Source: Leucoraja ocellata
Taxonomy: Eukaryota
Length of the DNA stretch: 64,000 nucleotides
Direction of reading: 5' to 3'
Assembly: GCA_036785375.1 (NCBI GenBank)
Contig: JAWMAR010000049.1
Span: forward strand, 10,292,001-10,356,000
This document shows, piece after piece, positions 52,300-64,000 of the stretch. Position numbers and translations under genes: made by a program. The notes under the pieces were generated by a model that was not told the origin of the DNA, made no database searches, and worked only from the letters and a program-made list of their open reading frames with translations. Every line of letters begins with the position of its first letter. The stretch's first letter is position 1.

Positions 52300-53510
52300 T
52301 AAACAGTTTACCGAAAGTTGCCAAAGCATCAAGTGCCTTACTGATTTGATCAGGTTTTTTTGAGGAGGTGATGAAGATGATCGATGAAGATAGGGCTGTA
52401 TATGTTAGCAAGGCATTTGATAAAGTCCCCTATGGTAGATCCACAAGATTGGTCGTATGGATTTCGAACTGGCTTACTGATGGAAGACAGAGGGTTGTGG
52501 TGGAAGGACAATATTCAGGCTGGAGGTCTGCGGCCAGTGGAAAGTTATAGGTTTGCAGATGAAACCAAGATTGCTGGACTTTGAGGAAGGATGCCAAAGT
52601 ATACAAGCAGATATAGATCAGGTACAGAAATGAGCAGAGAAGTAGCAGACGGCATTTAATATGTGCGTAAGGTACTACACTTTGGGAGACCCTTAACTGC
52701 ATTGATGTACAGAGGGATCTTGGGAGTCCAAAAGTCCAAAACTCCCTAAAAGTGATAACACAAGCAGTGGTAAAGAAGGCATATGGTATGTTTGCCTTCA
52801 TTGGTCAAGGCATTGAGTATAAGAGGCAGCCAGTCATAATACAGTTTTAATGGACTTTGTTTAGGCTATATTTAGAATATTGTGAGTCGACACAAAATGC
52901 TGGAGTAACTCAGCGGGACAGGCAGCATCTCTGGAGAGAAGGAATGGGTGACGTTTCAGGTCAAGACCCGTCTTCAGAATATTCTTTAAAATATTGTGTG
53001 CAGTTCTCGTGGCCCCATTTCAGGAAGGATGTGGAGGCTTTGTAAAGGGTGCAGAGAAGGTTTACTACAATGGTGCATGGAATTGGGGTTATTAGCTACA
53101 GGGATAGGTTGGACAGAGACCTGAAAGAAGTATACCAAATTAGTATATCAAGTATACTAAGTCTGAGTTCAAAAGCACCGAGAGGGGAGACAGTCAGAAT
53201 ATTTTTCCCAGGATGGAAAAATCGAATACTAGAGGGCATCGTTTTAACGTCAGAGGGGCATAGTTTAAAGGAGATGTGCGGGGCAAGTTTTTTTTTACAG
53301 AGGATGGTGATTGCCTGGAAAACGCTGACAGGGGTAGCGAATGAAGCAGATACATTAGTGGCATTTAAAAGACTTTTGGACAGGCATATGGATATGCAGG
53401 GAATGGAGCAATGTAGATTATTTGCAGGCAGAATAGTGATGTTCTTGGCATCATGTTCGGCATAGACATTGTGCGCTGAAAAACCTTTTCTTCTGCTGTA
53501 TCATTCTATG
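52300..53510 (+). mobile_element. Decayed CR1-type LINE with a nested Penelope-derived arm (52885-52984)
   Basis: SKAFDKVP, WISNWLTDGRQRVVVEG, FADETK and LEYC/VQFSWPHFRKDVEAL; the nested insert is flanked by TTTA(G/A)AATATTGTG. Confidence 0.85.
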
Positions 53511-53954
53511 TTAATTTTTTGACTATTTTTGGGATGTACTTTGCTCGGTCTGGATCCTTGTGGATATCTAAGTAGCTCCGGTTTTCAAATACACATTCAT
53601 TATTTTGTAATAGATTAATTTCCTTCATTTACCAGGATGAAAAAAAAACTTGGTTTGTCTTTGCAAAAATTGATGTATGGAATCTATTCAACACATGCGC
53701 CATATTCTAATAATCTAGACTTGATTCACTTCATTCATTATACATGACCTTCTTTCTGATAACACATTCATAAAACCATTTCCTCTGGGTCTCCCTTTGC
53801 TTTGGCAGTGGCATATTTCTTACTGCACTAGTTTTGTTAGCTAATGTTGTCTTATTCACACCACCAGTTCCAAAATTTGCATTCCCAAGAACCTGTCCTT
53901 CCATGTTACAGCCAAGTCTTTGCTTGCACAACATTTAATCCATATCTAAGTGTT

Positions 53955-54240
53955 AGGTTTAACGAAACAGCATGGAAACAGGTCCTTTGGCCCACAGAAT
54001 CGGCGCTGACCAACGATCACGTGCACTAGTTCTGTCCGACACACTAGGGACAATTTTATAGAAGCCAATTAACTTACAAACCTGCACTTCTTTGGAATGT
54101 AGGAGGAAACCGGAGGACATGGAGAAACACCACAGGGTGAACGTGCAAACTCCATACAAACAGCACCCGTAGTCAGTATCAAACTTGGGGTCTCTCATGC
54201 TGTAAGGTAGCAACTCTACCAAGCACCACGGTGATGCCCT
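53955..54240 (-). mobile_element. V-SINE
   Basis: Same family as the copies at 258-445 and 48808-49105. Confidence 0.8.
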
Positions 54241-54329
54241 TAAATTGGTCTTTATGTCTGTTACCTTAAGTTGAGCAAACTAGACATCCACTGGAGTTTA
54301 GATGAAATTTGATAGAAACATAAAAGATT

Positions 54330-55050
54330 CCGAGGGCAGAGGAGAGAGAGGAGGGGGGAGAGAGGGGTGAAGGGGGAGAGAGTGGGCAGTGGGGGGAAAG
54401 GGAGGGGGAGGGAGGAGGAGTGGGAGGGGAGGGGAGAGGGGGAGGGGGTGAGAAGGGGGGAATGGGGGTGAGAGGGGAGAGGGGAGGGAGGGCTGGAGGG
54501 GGGGAAAGGGGGGAGAGATGGGAAGGGGGGGTGGGAGGTGGAGGGGGAAGAGACAGGATGGGGGAGAGGGGGAGGGAGAAGTAGTGGGGGAGGGAGAGGG
54601 GGTGAGAGAGGGGAGGGGGGTGAGAGAGGGGAGGGGGAGGGGGAGGGGGAGGGGACAGGGGGAGGTGGAGAGAGAGGNNNNNNNNNNNNNNNNNNNNNNN
54701 NNNNNNNNNNNNNNNNNNNNNNNNNNNNNNNNNNNNNNNNNNNNNNNNNNNNNNNNNNNNNNNNNNNNNNNNNNNNNNNNNNNNNNNNNNNNNNNNNNNN
54801 NNNNNNNNNNNNGGGGAGGGTGGAGAGGGGGGTGGGGGGGTAGAGAGAGAAGAGGGGAGAGAGGGGGGTGGGGGAAGAGAGATTAGAGGGAAGAGAGGAG
54901 TGGGGAGAGAGGAGAGGGAGAGAGGAGGAGTGAGAAGAGGAGGGGGTGGAGAGGTGGAGGGGAGCCGGGAGAGTGAGTGGGCTGCGAAAACCAGAGATAG
55001 CCCGGGGAGAGAGTGAGAGAGAAAGAGAAAGAGAGAGAGAGAGAGAGTGC
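54330..55050 (+). repeat. GA/G-rich low-complexity tract
   Basis: Almost entirely G and A; source of the Pro/Ser/Leu-rich ORFs. Confidence 0.9.
54678..54812. other. Assembly gap (135 N)
   Basis: Run of n characters. Confidence 0.99.
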
Positions 55051-56294
55051 AGGGCCCGACTCTCTGGAAACCTGGAGCGGGTATCAGCGGGGGGGGGGGG
55101 AGCAGGATAGGAGCGGTTAGCAGTGGGAGGGAGGGGGCGGGGTAGGGGCGTGACTTCACTCGGGGCGAGGGGACAGGATGGTGACATAACTTGTGGTAAA
55201 CAGTGCGCCTGCGCGTTGCAGCAGCTGCTTTAATCCAGAGCCGGCGGGTGAGCTGGGCCACGAGCCAGGTGGGCCACGAGCAAAGGCATTGTGAAGTCAT
55301 CAGCTGGCCAGCGGTTAGATTTGAAAAAAAGTCAGATTTCGGAACTATTTTAGTGAAAAACCCGGGAAATAATTACCCAAATTTACAGGTGAGGGTTTTA
55401 TTGAAATCATGAGGTAAATCTCTACCGGAATATGTAAAAAATTTACCGTTTCGGCATCAGGTTTTCGAGGAGATGTCAATCAAAGGTGAAATGACACACA
55501 CAGTTTTAATATGATGTATAATTTGTTTCTGTGCGTTTCTCTGAGTCTTTGTGTGTGACATGCTGCAAGCAACATTTTGCATTGTACCTTTACATCACTG
55601 TTTTTATGCATATGACAATAAATTCAACGATCTTGAACATGATCAATCCCGTGTGGTCAGGAATATACTATTTACTAAAGCCTTTTTTTTAAAATCAAAA
55701 TTGCTTTTAACCGACCTGCTAACCTTGTGCTGCTGATCGCTACTAGTTACTAACTAATAATAATTTTAAATTGACCATTGCGTTGGTCTACTTTACAACA
55801 GTAGCTGCATTTTTTAAAGTATTTAACCATCTACAAAGTGATTTGAAACACAAATGTAATTGTAAGCTTGCTTTCTTTTTTCCCGTTTTTCCCCACTCTG
55901 CTGGGACATATTCCCAGTGGGAGCAACCTACATATTGCACGTAATCTGCCATCATAAATCAGGAACCCTAATCCAATACCCCCTCCCTCTATGCTGCCAA
56001 CATGACTGCAATGTGTTTTTGTATCTAATCTGTTGCTCTTGTACACATATGGAACAAGGCACCATGGAGTTCAATGGTAGAGATAAAGTACATTGATTTG
56101 CAACGTAATTCCACAAGTACGTGCGGCCAAATTTCCACCCGCTTTTCCAACGTTGTTGATTCCTATAGGAATAAAACGTCTGGGTTGAACCAATGTGGAC
56201 GGTAAGAAGCATAGGGGCGAAGAATTATCCAACTGATTTTCATCACTGGAGGTAGTGATGGAGTAGAATTACCAGCATGCCAATGATAGACTTT

Positions 56295-56685
56295 GATCTT
56301 ATAGAAACATATAAAATTCTTAAGGGATTGGACAGGCTAGATGCAGAAAACATGTTTCTGATGTTGGGGGAGTCCAGAGCCAGGGGTCACAGTTTAAGAA
56401 TAAGGGGTAGGCCATTTAGGACTGAGATGAGGAAAAAAAATTTCAGCCAGAGAGTTGTAAATCTGTGGAATTCTCTGCCACAGAAGGCAGCGGAGGCCAA
56501 TTCACTGGATGTATTCAAGAGAGAGTTAGACTTAGCTCTTAGGGCCAACGGAATCAAGAAGTATGGAGAAAAAGCAGGAACAGGGTACTGATTCTGGATG
56601 ATCAGCCATGATCATATTGAATGGCGGTGCTGGCTCGAAGGGCCGAATGGCCTACTTCCTGCACCTATTTTCTATGTTCTATGTC
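56295..56685 (+). mobile_element. CR1-type LINE 3' end, young
   Basis: DLIETYKILKGLDRLDAENMF..RARGHSLRIRG..FSQRVVNLWNSLP; closely similar to the inverted copy at 22695-23150. Confidence 0.9.
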
Positions 56686-58329
56686 TCTATAGAGGAGAGC
56701 ACTTGCTTGGAGAAAATAGTGAAGCATTAAGATTAAACTTATCATTTGTGTTTCAATGCCAAGATGTCAATGAATGTCTTGTAAATGCAAAATCTGAGCC
56801 GCATCTTTAAAGTTAGGGGGATATGCTTACTTATAGTAAAAATACAGCAATTTTCATGGTATCTATCCAGTCAGATCCCCAGTTCTTGCCACCTGGGATG
56901 CTATTAACTATTGTTTACATGCAACTAGATGACTTTAAAAAGCCAATTACACTGAAAGTTTATTCTATTTTAATGAGTTGACTCCACAGAATGGTGGCCA
57001 TCTCAGTAAGAAAGGGGTTAATTTGTGGTACGATAGCCAATTATTCCATCACAATGTTTGCTAGACTAAACTATATCAAGAATGGTTTGTGGAAGCAGCA
57101 TTTGAAATCACACTCGTTCCAAGCCAATTCAAGTGTTGTTATGCTCAAATTGCCTGCTGAATCTAAAATGAATGTAACTCGGTGTAATTTGCCCACATGT
57201 GTTGACCCAAATTTAGAACAGAGCTAATGGCTCTTTAACATGGTAAGGTAGTAGGTTACAAAAGAGCAAGGCTTTTGTTTTCTTGAGAACGAGGTTGCCA
57301 AATACAAGTTAAGCAACCATACAGTTTTCTGGTGTAAATATTGTAAACTAATTAATTTTAATTGCTACGTAGGGTGATTCCAATTTTTAAATTCTTTCCT
57401 CTCTCTTACGGATGACTAATTTGTACGGTGATGGTTCCAAGGAAGAACGCCAAGTCTGTGCATGCTGACCTGCAGACTTTCCCTGCATGAGTCAGTTTTG
57501 TTGGTCTCCAAGGTGCCTCCCCTTGGCTGTGCGAGCATGGAAGAGGTGACGGAAGTATTAAATCTCCTATTTATAGTGAGGCAGAACAAGAAATCTCATG
57601 ATGTCTTGTCGGTTAACTGGCTTGGTATAAATGTAAATTGTCCCTTGTATGTGCAGGATAGTGTTAGTGTGCGGGGATTGCTGGTAGGCACGGACTCGGT
57701 GGGCCGAAGGGCCTGTTTTCCACGCTCTATCTCTAAACTAACCCAAACTACAACATCAGTAAAGCAGAAAAAGGATGTTCATCCTGGATTTCTTAATTTC
57801 TTCCTCAGCCAGCCAGCACTGGATGCCCTCGTATCTAAGTCCAGAACTAGCTCATCAGAAGTCTTGCAGAAAAAAAACCCTTGGAAAAATACAGACACAT
57901 GCAAGTTTCATTGAATGTTACATCCAAATAACAGAAAGCACAATGGTCCTTTATTTGTACCCTTTCAGGATACAATGCCAGACAATCCTGAACAAAGGAA
58001 CAAGGGAGATTAAAGCTTCCTGAAGAGAAGGTGACGTGCTGTTCCTCTGACATGCAACCATGAGAACATTGGAGGCCGAGGTGGGTGGCGAGAGTTCAAC
58101 GCCAGAGGAGTATTTATCTGCTTTGACCTCTCTCAGTGCTCCAGCTCAGGGGTCCAATCTTCTCCAATGGGCTGTCAATAGAACGCTGCCATCCAGATCC
58201 TTTGTTCATTCTTCCCACAGGTCATTCAGGATACTCAGGAGGAAAATGGGAACCAGGACAAAAGGGAGGGGGAGAGCAACTAGCTTTTGGAGAACAGCAT
58301 AGTCCTCTGTTTTACTGTTACTGTTCACA

Positions 58330-58705
58330 TGACTATGTAACCAGACACATCTTCAATGCCATTTTTAACAAAGCCAATGACACCACCATTATTCGATGAA
58401 TAACAGGTAATGACAAGTCAAAGTACAGGAGGTAGATCAATAATCTGGTTGAGTGATGCCAGGACAACACTCTTGTTCTTAACAGTAACATGACCAAGAA
58501 GCTGATTGTCGACTTCAGCAAGGGACAGCTGAGGGATCTGCACCTGTCTTCATTGGCAGAATAGAGTGGAGAGAGTCAACAGCTTCAAATTGGTTACATC
58601 GTGGCTTGGTTTGGTAACTCAAATGTTCAAGAACAAAGGAGGCTGCAGAAAGTGGTGGACATTGACCAGTCTATTATGGGCACAGATCTCTCCACCATAG
58701 AAGGT
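58330..58705 (+). mobile_element. Rex1-type LINE fragment
   Basis: ANDTTII and TKKLIVDFSK motifs, decayed. Confidence 0.65.
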
Positions 58706-58709
58706 ATTA

Positions 58710-59015
58710 GACTTTAGAGATACAGCACAGAAAAAAAGGCCCTTTGCCCCACCAAGATCACGCTGATCTGCAATCACCCCATACACCAGCATTATCCTAC
58801 ACACTAGGGACATTTTTACAATTTTTACCAAAGCCAATTAACCTACAAACCTGGGCGCCTTTGGAGTGTGGGACGAAACCGGTGCACCCAGACAAAACCC
58901 CCGTGGTCACAGGGAGAACGTACAAACTCCGTACATACAGCGCCTGAGGTCAGGATCGAACCCTGGTTTCTGGCTCAGTAAGGCAGCAACTCTACCTCTG
59001 CTCCACTGTGGCACC
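58710..59015 (-). mobile_element. V-SINE
   Basis: Same family, full length. Confidence 0.8.
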
Positions 59016-60361
59016 CTTCCTCTTCTACAGTCTTTGAACGAGGTTTAGTTGCCACCCCCCCACCCCAACTTGGTAGCAATGGTGGCCAGGGGTTTGGCCA
59101 AGCCCTGTGCCTACAACAAGCCTGTATCAACAGCAATTACTACCTCAAGAAGGCAGCTAATGTCAATGATCCAGGCCACCTTCAGAAAGAAAAAGTAAGA
59201 ATTTCATTATTCTGGTTCATATTTGGTGCACATGTCAAATAAGCTCTCGCTTGATGTTACAACAGTAATATCTGCAATATGCCCTCTTGTGTGAGATGAT
59301 AAACAGTGTGACATCCAAATCCAATGAGACAAGAGTGAGAGGTCAAAAGATAAATATCGTGCTAGCATGAATTTTCAAACCAGAACCTTTTTTCAAATGT
59401 ATAACGTCCTGAAGCCTGTTTCATTTAGCATTTTCACAGCATTAAGTGGAATTAAGATCCAGTCCCCGACTCCATGGGATCAGCTCCCATTCCAGTACAT
59501 TGAACAGAGAAGCTCGACTGATTCCGCTGAGTGGGAACTCGCCTGCCATCTTCCAAATGAAATATTTAAAAGGGTTGCCATCTGCTCTTTGATGTGCATA
59601 TACAACACTTATCAGGGAAGCAGGAAGTCCATCCCAGATGTCCTGCCCAATATTTATTTTTCATTAAACATCACTTATGTGAGCAAATTAGCTGTCCGCT
59701 CTGACACTGCTGTTGGCAGGAGTTAGCTTTGTGCAATTTGGGGGGGGGGCTGTCTTTCCTAACGTGACTACTATACAGAAATACTTTTGCATTTTGAAAG
59801 GAATGGGAAGAATGCCTTCAACGGATAACGTCAGAGCACTATTGTCTCCGTGGCAGTGCCAGAGTGACGTAGAGAATCCTTCAGGAGGGAATGTCTGAGT
59901 TAAAAAGCAGTTCAAAATAACCCAAGCCTTACAATGATGCATGTCTCTGGTGCAAAATTGTTGTTGAGAATGAGCACTGGGAAATAAAAACCACACAAGT
60001 TCTTCTCCACAGTGCTTGTGTCTAGGAAACTCAAACATTGACCTGCTCTATCAAGAACAATGGATGTATGTCCAGTATTAAATCTGTGTATGTTCTTAGC
60101 TGGAGCCTGTGATCAGCTGACAGCGAAAGTTCCATTTATGCATTAAAATCATCAATAGCACAGATAGTTGTCAAGAAAATTTGCAACACTTTCAGCCACT
60201 ACATCTCTTCATTTTAGGTAGATAACAATGCAGAGTTCTTTGCCTGAAATATTATCTTTCTTTTTTTTCATCACAGAGCAGCCTGCCGCTTATTGACCAG
60301 TTCGATGAATTACCATCGCCCAACAGACACAGAGATCCCAATCCCATGTAGCTCAGGTACA

Positions 60362-60450
60362 GGAAGAAGGGTCTCGACCCGAAACGTCACCCATTCCTTC
60401 TCTCCAGAGATGCTGCCTGTCCCGCTGAATTACTCCAGTTTTTAGTGTTT
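60362..60450 (+). mobile_element. Penelope-derived single arm
   Basis: GAAGAAGGGTCTCGACCCGAAACGTCACCCATTCCTTCTCTCCAGAGATGCTGCC. Confidence 0.75.
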
Positions 60451-61349
60451 ATATACAGTAAGTATAATGCCTGGAGACCTCCCATGAGTCCATAAACATA
60501 GCCACTGATGTGGACTCCAATTAAGAATGAAGGAATACGGCCTACATCCCACCTGCCTCTTTAGCATCCTCATGGCCAATGTACAGTCCCTGGAAAATAA
60601 GATTGAGGATTCAAGGGCACGACTACTTCCTAAATTCTAGGAGCAGAATTAGGCTATTCGGTCAACTCCACCATGCAATCATGGCTGATCTATCTTTTTC
60701 TCTGAACTCCAATCTCCTGCCTTCGCTCCACAGCCCCTGATACCCTTACCAACCAATTGCTTTACCAAAGGGTTTTGAGGGAATGCTGTGTTGGCTGTTT
60801 TACGATGACGTGGCTTATCCTCAGCTCTCCTGACTTGGTCTTCCAGCCTGAAGATTTCTCGAGGCATAGCATAGATCCATGGCATCATCAGGAAAAGGAG
60901 AGGCAGTGGTGTTCTGCCTCTTGGTAAACTCTTTGTGGTGCTTGGATGTGGCAGTTTTGTCCAATTCTGGAGGGGCTCTCTCTCGGCCTGGTCTGGGCTC
61001 CATGTCAGATACCCCATGAAGTTGGGCCCTTAGTTTAGCCAGGCATCAAGGTCAAGTCATGAAGTAAGCTGCTCTCACCGATCGGTGTGCATGTCCAAGT
61101 CCGGCCTTCAGAAGAACAGTAGTTTGCTGGCATCTCACACAGCTGTGTCAATATCAGTTCGAACACTCGGGTGATCTGGCAGTTTGGGACCTCTGTTGGG
61201 TTGGGTACACTGGTCTGGTCGTGAGTCCAGTGGACTGGGCTTCACCAGGTAAGTGGTTTTTTTTCTGTCAGCACATGAAATCGGGTGCTTCAGGTCTTGC
61301 TAGGCCTCATTCTAGGCCTTGCTCCAGGCTCTGTTCTTGTCTTTGCTAA

Positions 61350-61720
61350 TTGTGTCCGTTCAAATCAGGTTGGGATGGGTTGGCGATGAAGAGGGTCAAC
61401 AGCTTCATATTTCTGGGCATATACATCTCAGATTATCTATCCTGGGCCCAGCACACTAATGCAATCGCAAAGAAAGTTCACCTCGGCCCATACATCCTCA
61501 GAGGTTTGTGGAGATTCACACCTTATATACCATTGAACATCTACAGAGGAGAGCATACTGACTGATTGCATTAGTCATTTGAACGTTCAAGAATGAAGGA
61601 GAGTGCATTCTTGTCTATCACGGGTACTGAATGCCCCACCATAAAAGAGATCTAGAGGATGCACTGTCTGAAGAAGGCAGCTAATATTATCAAATAACCC
61701 AGAACTACCCTGGCCTTGTT
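61350..61720 (+). mobile_element. Rex1-type LINE fragment
   Basis: RVNSFIFLGIYISDYLSWAQHTNAIAKK motif. Confidence 0.7.
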
Positions 61721-62002
61721 CTCTTGCATCAGTGCTGAGCCCTATATTGTTTATCATCTATATCAACGATTTGGATGAGAATTCACAAATTTGCAGATGA
61801 GACTAAAATAGATGGTATTGCAGACAATGAAGATGGTTATGAAAACTCCTAAAATCTTGAAACTCTCTTGCTAGATGGCCTTCTCTGAGGCATACATTTT
61901 TTATGATGCTACGTTGGATAAGTCTGCATATGGTGACCTCTATGTGGTCCTCTATGTATTACTGGTGAATGTCGTTTATTAATCTAGCAATGTGTACAGC
62001 TT

Positions 62003-62600
62003 TTATTGCAGTTGGTTGTATCTTGCTGTGAAAAGCTGGTTATTGCAGTTATCCATATCTCACTTTGTAAAACTATTAAAGGCATTATGGGAATATCTTG
62101 CTGTATGAGTCTGTTCACTGCAGAATATCAATATTTAATTCATAAAATATTGGTCTCTCAATACACAAGGCGGGTTACTGCAGTTACCATATCCTGTGGT
62201 GAAACTGGTTCTTTCAATGCTCAAAATGTTGCTGTAACGAAGCCTGATTATTTTAGGATATCAATACCTTGGGCAGGTTTGATTATTTTATTGCCCCGTA
62301 ATTAAAGTTATTCAAGTGTATCCACATCTCGGTGCGGAAAGCTGTTTGATGGAGCGCAGTATCTTGCTTGATACTGTTTTGCATCAATATCTCACTGTGC
62401 AAGAGTGGTTATTGTGTGTAACATGTTACAATGCATCAGTAATCAATGTAGAAGCCTGTGTAGTGCATCAATATCTGACGGTGTAAGGATGATTATTCTA
62501 TATTTGATTATGGTAATTTTGGTGAGTCAGGTGTGCAACAATTATATTGTATATCAATACCTTACTATTTGCTCTTTTTCAGTATTTATCAGTAACTCTT
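62003..62600 (+). repeat. Highly degenerate ~36-bp tandem repeat
   Basis: Recurrent TTATTGCAGTT..ATATCT(T/C)(G/A)CTGTG..CTGG units, e.g. at 62003 and 62040. Confidence 0.55.
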
Positions 62601-64000
62601 GATGGCTCCGTGTTGATCTTCCTGCAGATAAAGCAGGTCTATTATTACCTGTAGAAAGGGATTGCAGATGCTGGTATATACCGAAGATAGACACAAAGTG
62701 CTGGAGTTACTCAGTGGGTCAGTCAGCATCTCTGGAGAAAACTCGGGAGACCACTTCTAGTGGTCAGTGAATTTTCTGTGCCCTTCCTATTTAATTTCTC
62801 TATTGCATTGTTCTGTGAATCAATCAATCAACCTTTATTGTCATCTTGCAAGCAACAGTTGTTACAGTGAAAACACCAGTTACACAGACAGACTCACACC
62901 CGGACAACAGATCACTCTTTCCATTCAATCGCTTTGGTTTCAGATCCAACCCAACCTACATTTTCAAAGGCTATTCACAGACACTCCATCCCACCTTTTC
63001 CAAGATTGCAAGGTAAGGAAGGCTGTACAGGGCATTCATTCAAGGCAATGCTCAGAATTACAACAATCCACCCTTGATTTCTGTGCTTCCATTAAAATTT
63101 TTTTTTTTTGTTAACTTTGATTCTCCCAGAGCTTTGCTGATTAGTAATTGATTGGGTTAATTGACTGAAAATCAGTGTCACTTATTTTCCCTATTAACCC
63201 TATTAATGGTGAATTCTAATATAGCCTAAAATAAATCAGAATACATCATATTTCATGTTAAATGTTTATAGCTCTGAGAGAACACTGTTTTGCAATGGAT
63301 TAGAATTATGTTTCTTCCTCCTTAGGCTTATTGTGATATGATATTAATTATCACTGATATAAGCAAGTTTGAAAGCCAGCTATTAACTTCCATGTATTAA
63401 ATGAGCAATATATCCAAACCACTGGTAGTTTGCGGTCAGCAGTTTACTCTTAGGGCAATGATTGATGGGATTGAGGTGAGAGGGCTCTGCAAAGGGCACT
63501 AGCTCAAATTCCACAAGAGGTTTTACAAGACCTGTTACAATAACAGTTGACAGACATTACAACTTCACAATCTCAGCACCACATCTCACAACCGTTTTCA
63601 CCATGAAAATTAAACTCTTGATGGCTCTCTTAAATACCACTAATCAAATCAAGTCTGCAGTCATGTTACATCTGCAAAGTAGTCGCCTTTTTCCCCTTGC
63701 CATTTTTTTGATATAGTTAGCTGCAAGGGATCTGCATTGGACTACATTCAACAATGGGAGGGGTGGAAGTGTGGTTGAACCAGATGCTGCATTTACACCA
63801 GCCATAGTAATATGTTTTCTGGTTCAGGACCCACATAAATATACAGTAACCCACTCCCTCTGCCCTGATGAGACTAACCCATGCAATTATGTGGCACTTC
63901 CCAAAGGAAGAGAATATTTATCAGGTTGAACATTTCCTGTAATATCTTTTTATTTGATTTTCATTTCGATAGGTATTGGCCAATCTCAAAATATTACGTA

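Larger units (their letters stand above)
54280..55520 (-). mobile_element. Possible non-autonomous Helitron containing a purine-rich low-complexity core and the assembly gap
   Basis: Plus-strand AAA|CTAG with an imperfect CATC..GATG hairpin at the left end and CAGTTTTAATATGATGTATA at the right; architecture parallels 24572-24944. Confidence 0.35.

Noticed and set aside
54261-55300. 308-344 aa Pro/Ser/Leu-rich ORFs
   Set aside because: Low-complexity GA tract spanning an N gap.
55060-55330. CpG/GC-box-rich patch as the STX1A promoter or exon 1
   Set aside because: No MKDRTQELR-type exon, exons 2-6 are absent between it and exon 7, and the patch appears to be inside a repeat element.
42944-64000. 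Search for STX1A exon 6 (HSTLSRKFVEVM...) and for nested genes
   Set aside because: No matching sequence found by eye; intron 6 is apparently longer than 21 kb and the ORFs here are TE-derived or random.

Overview
This is vertebrate genomic DNA, inferred to be from a cartilaginous fish (probably a skate or ray) because of its HE1/V-SINE-like SINEs and CR1, Rex1 and Penelope-like repeats. The only host gene is the 3' half of a syntaxin-1A-type Qa-SNARE on the minus strand. It shows exon 7 (42870-42943), exon 8 (36193-36330), two tandem 111-nt versions of exon 9 (33163-33273, STX2-like; 32976-33086, canonical STX1) and two alternative terminal transmembrane exons (26161-26238, STX2B-like; 18991-19071, canonical STX1). 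Exons 1-6 were not found and presumably lie beyond 64 kb. The most interesting signal is this apparent switchable C-terminal module (SNARE C-half plus TM anchor), with RBFOX motifs placed in a neuron-versus-non-neuron pattern and two further candidate cryptic exons. The rest is intronic or intergenic DNA rich in transposons. These include foldback Penelope-derived elements with 10-14 bp target duplications and hammerhead-ribozyme-like cores, a composite TIR element with a 7-bp TSD, a Harbinger-like MITE, Helitron-like elements, minisatellites and one N gap. Nearly all ORFs in the supplied track are spurious or TE-derived. Human paralog sequences used for comparison were recalled from memory and need checking by alignment.
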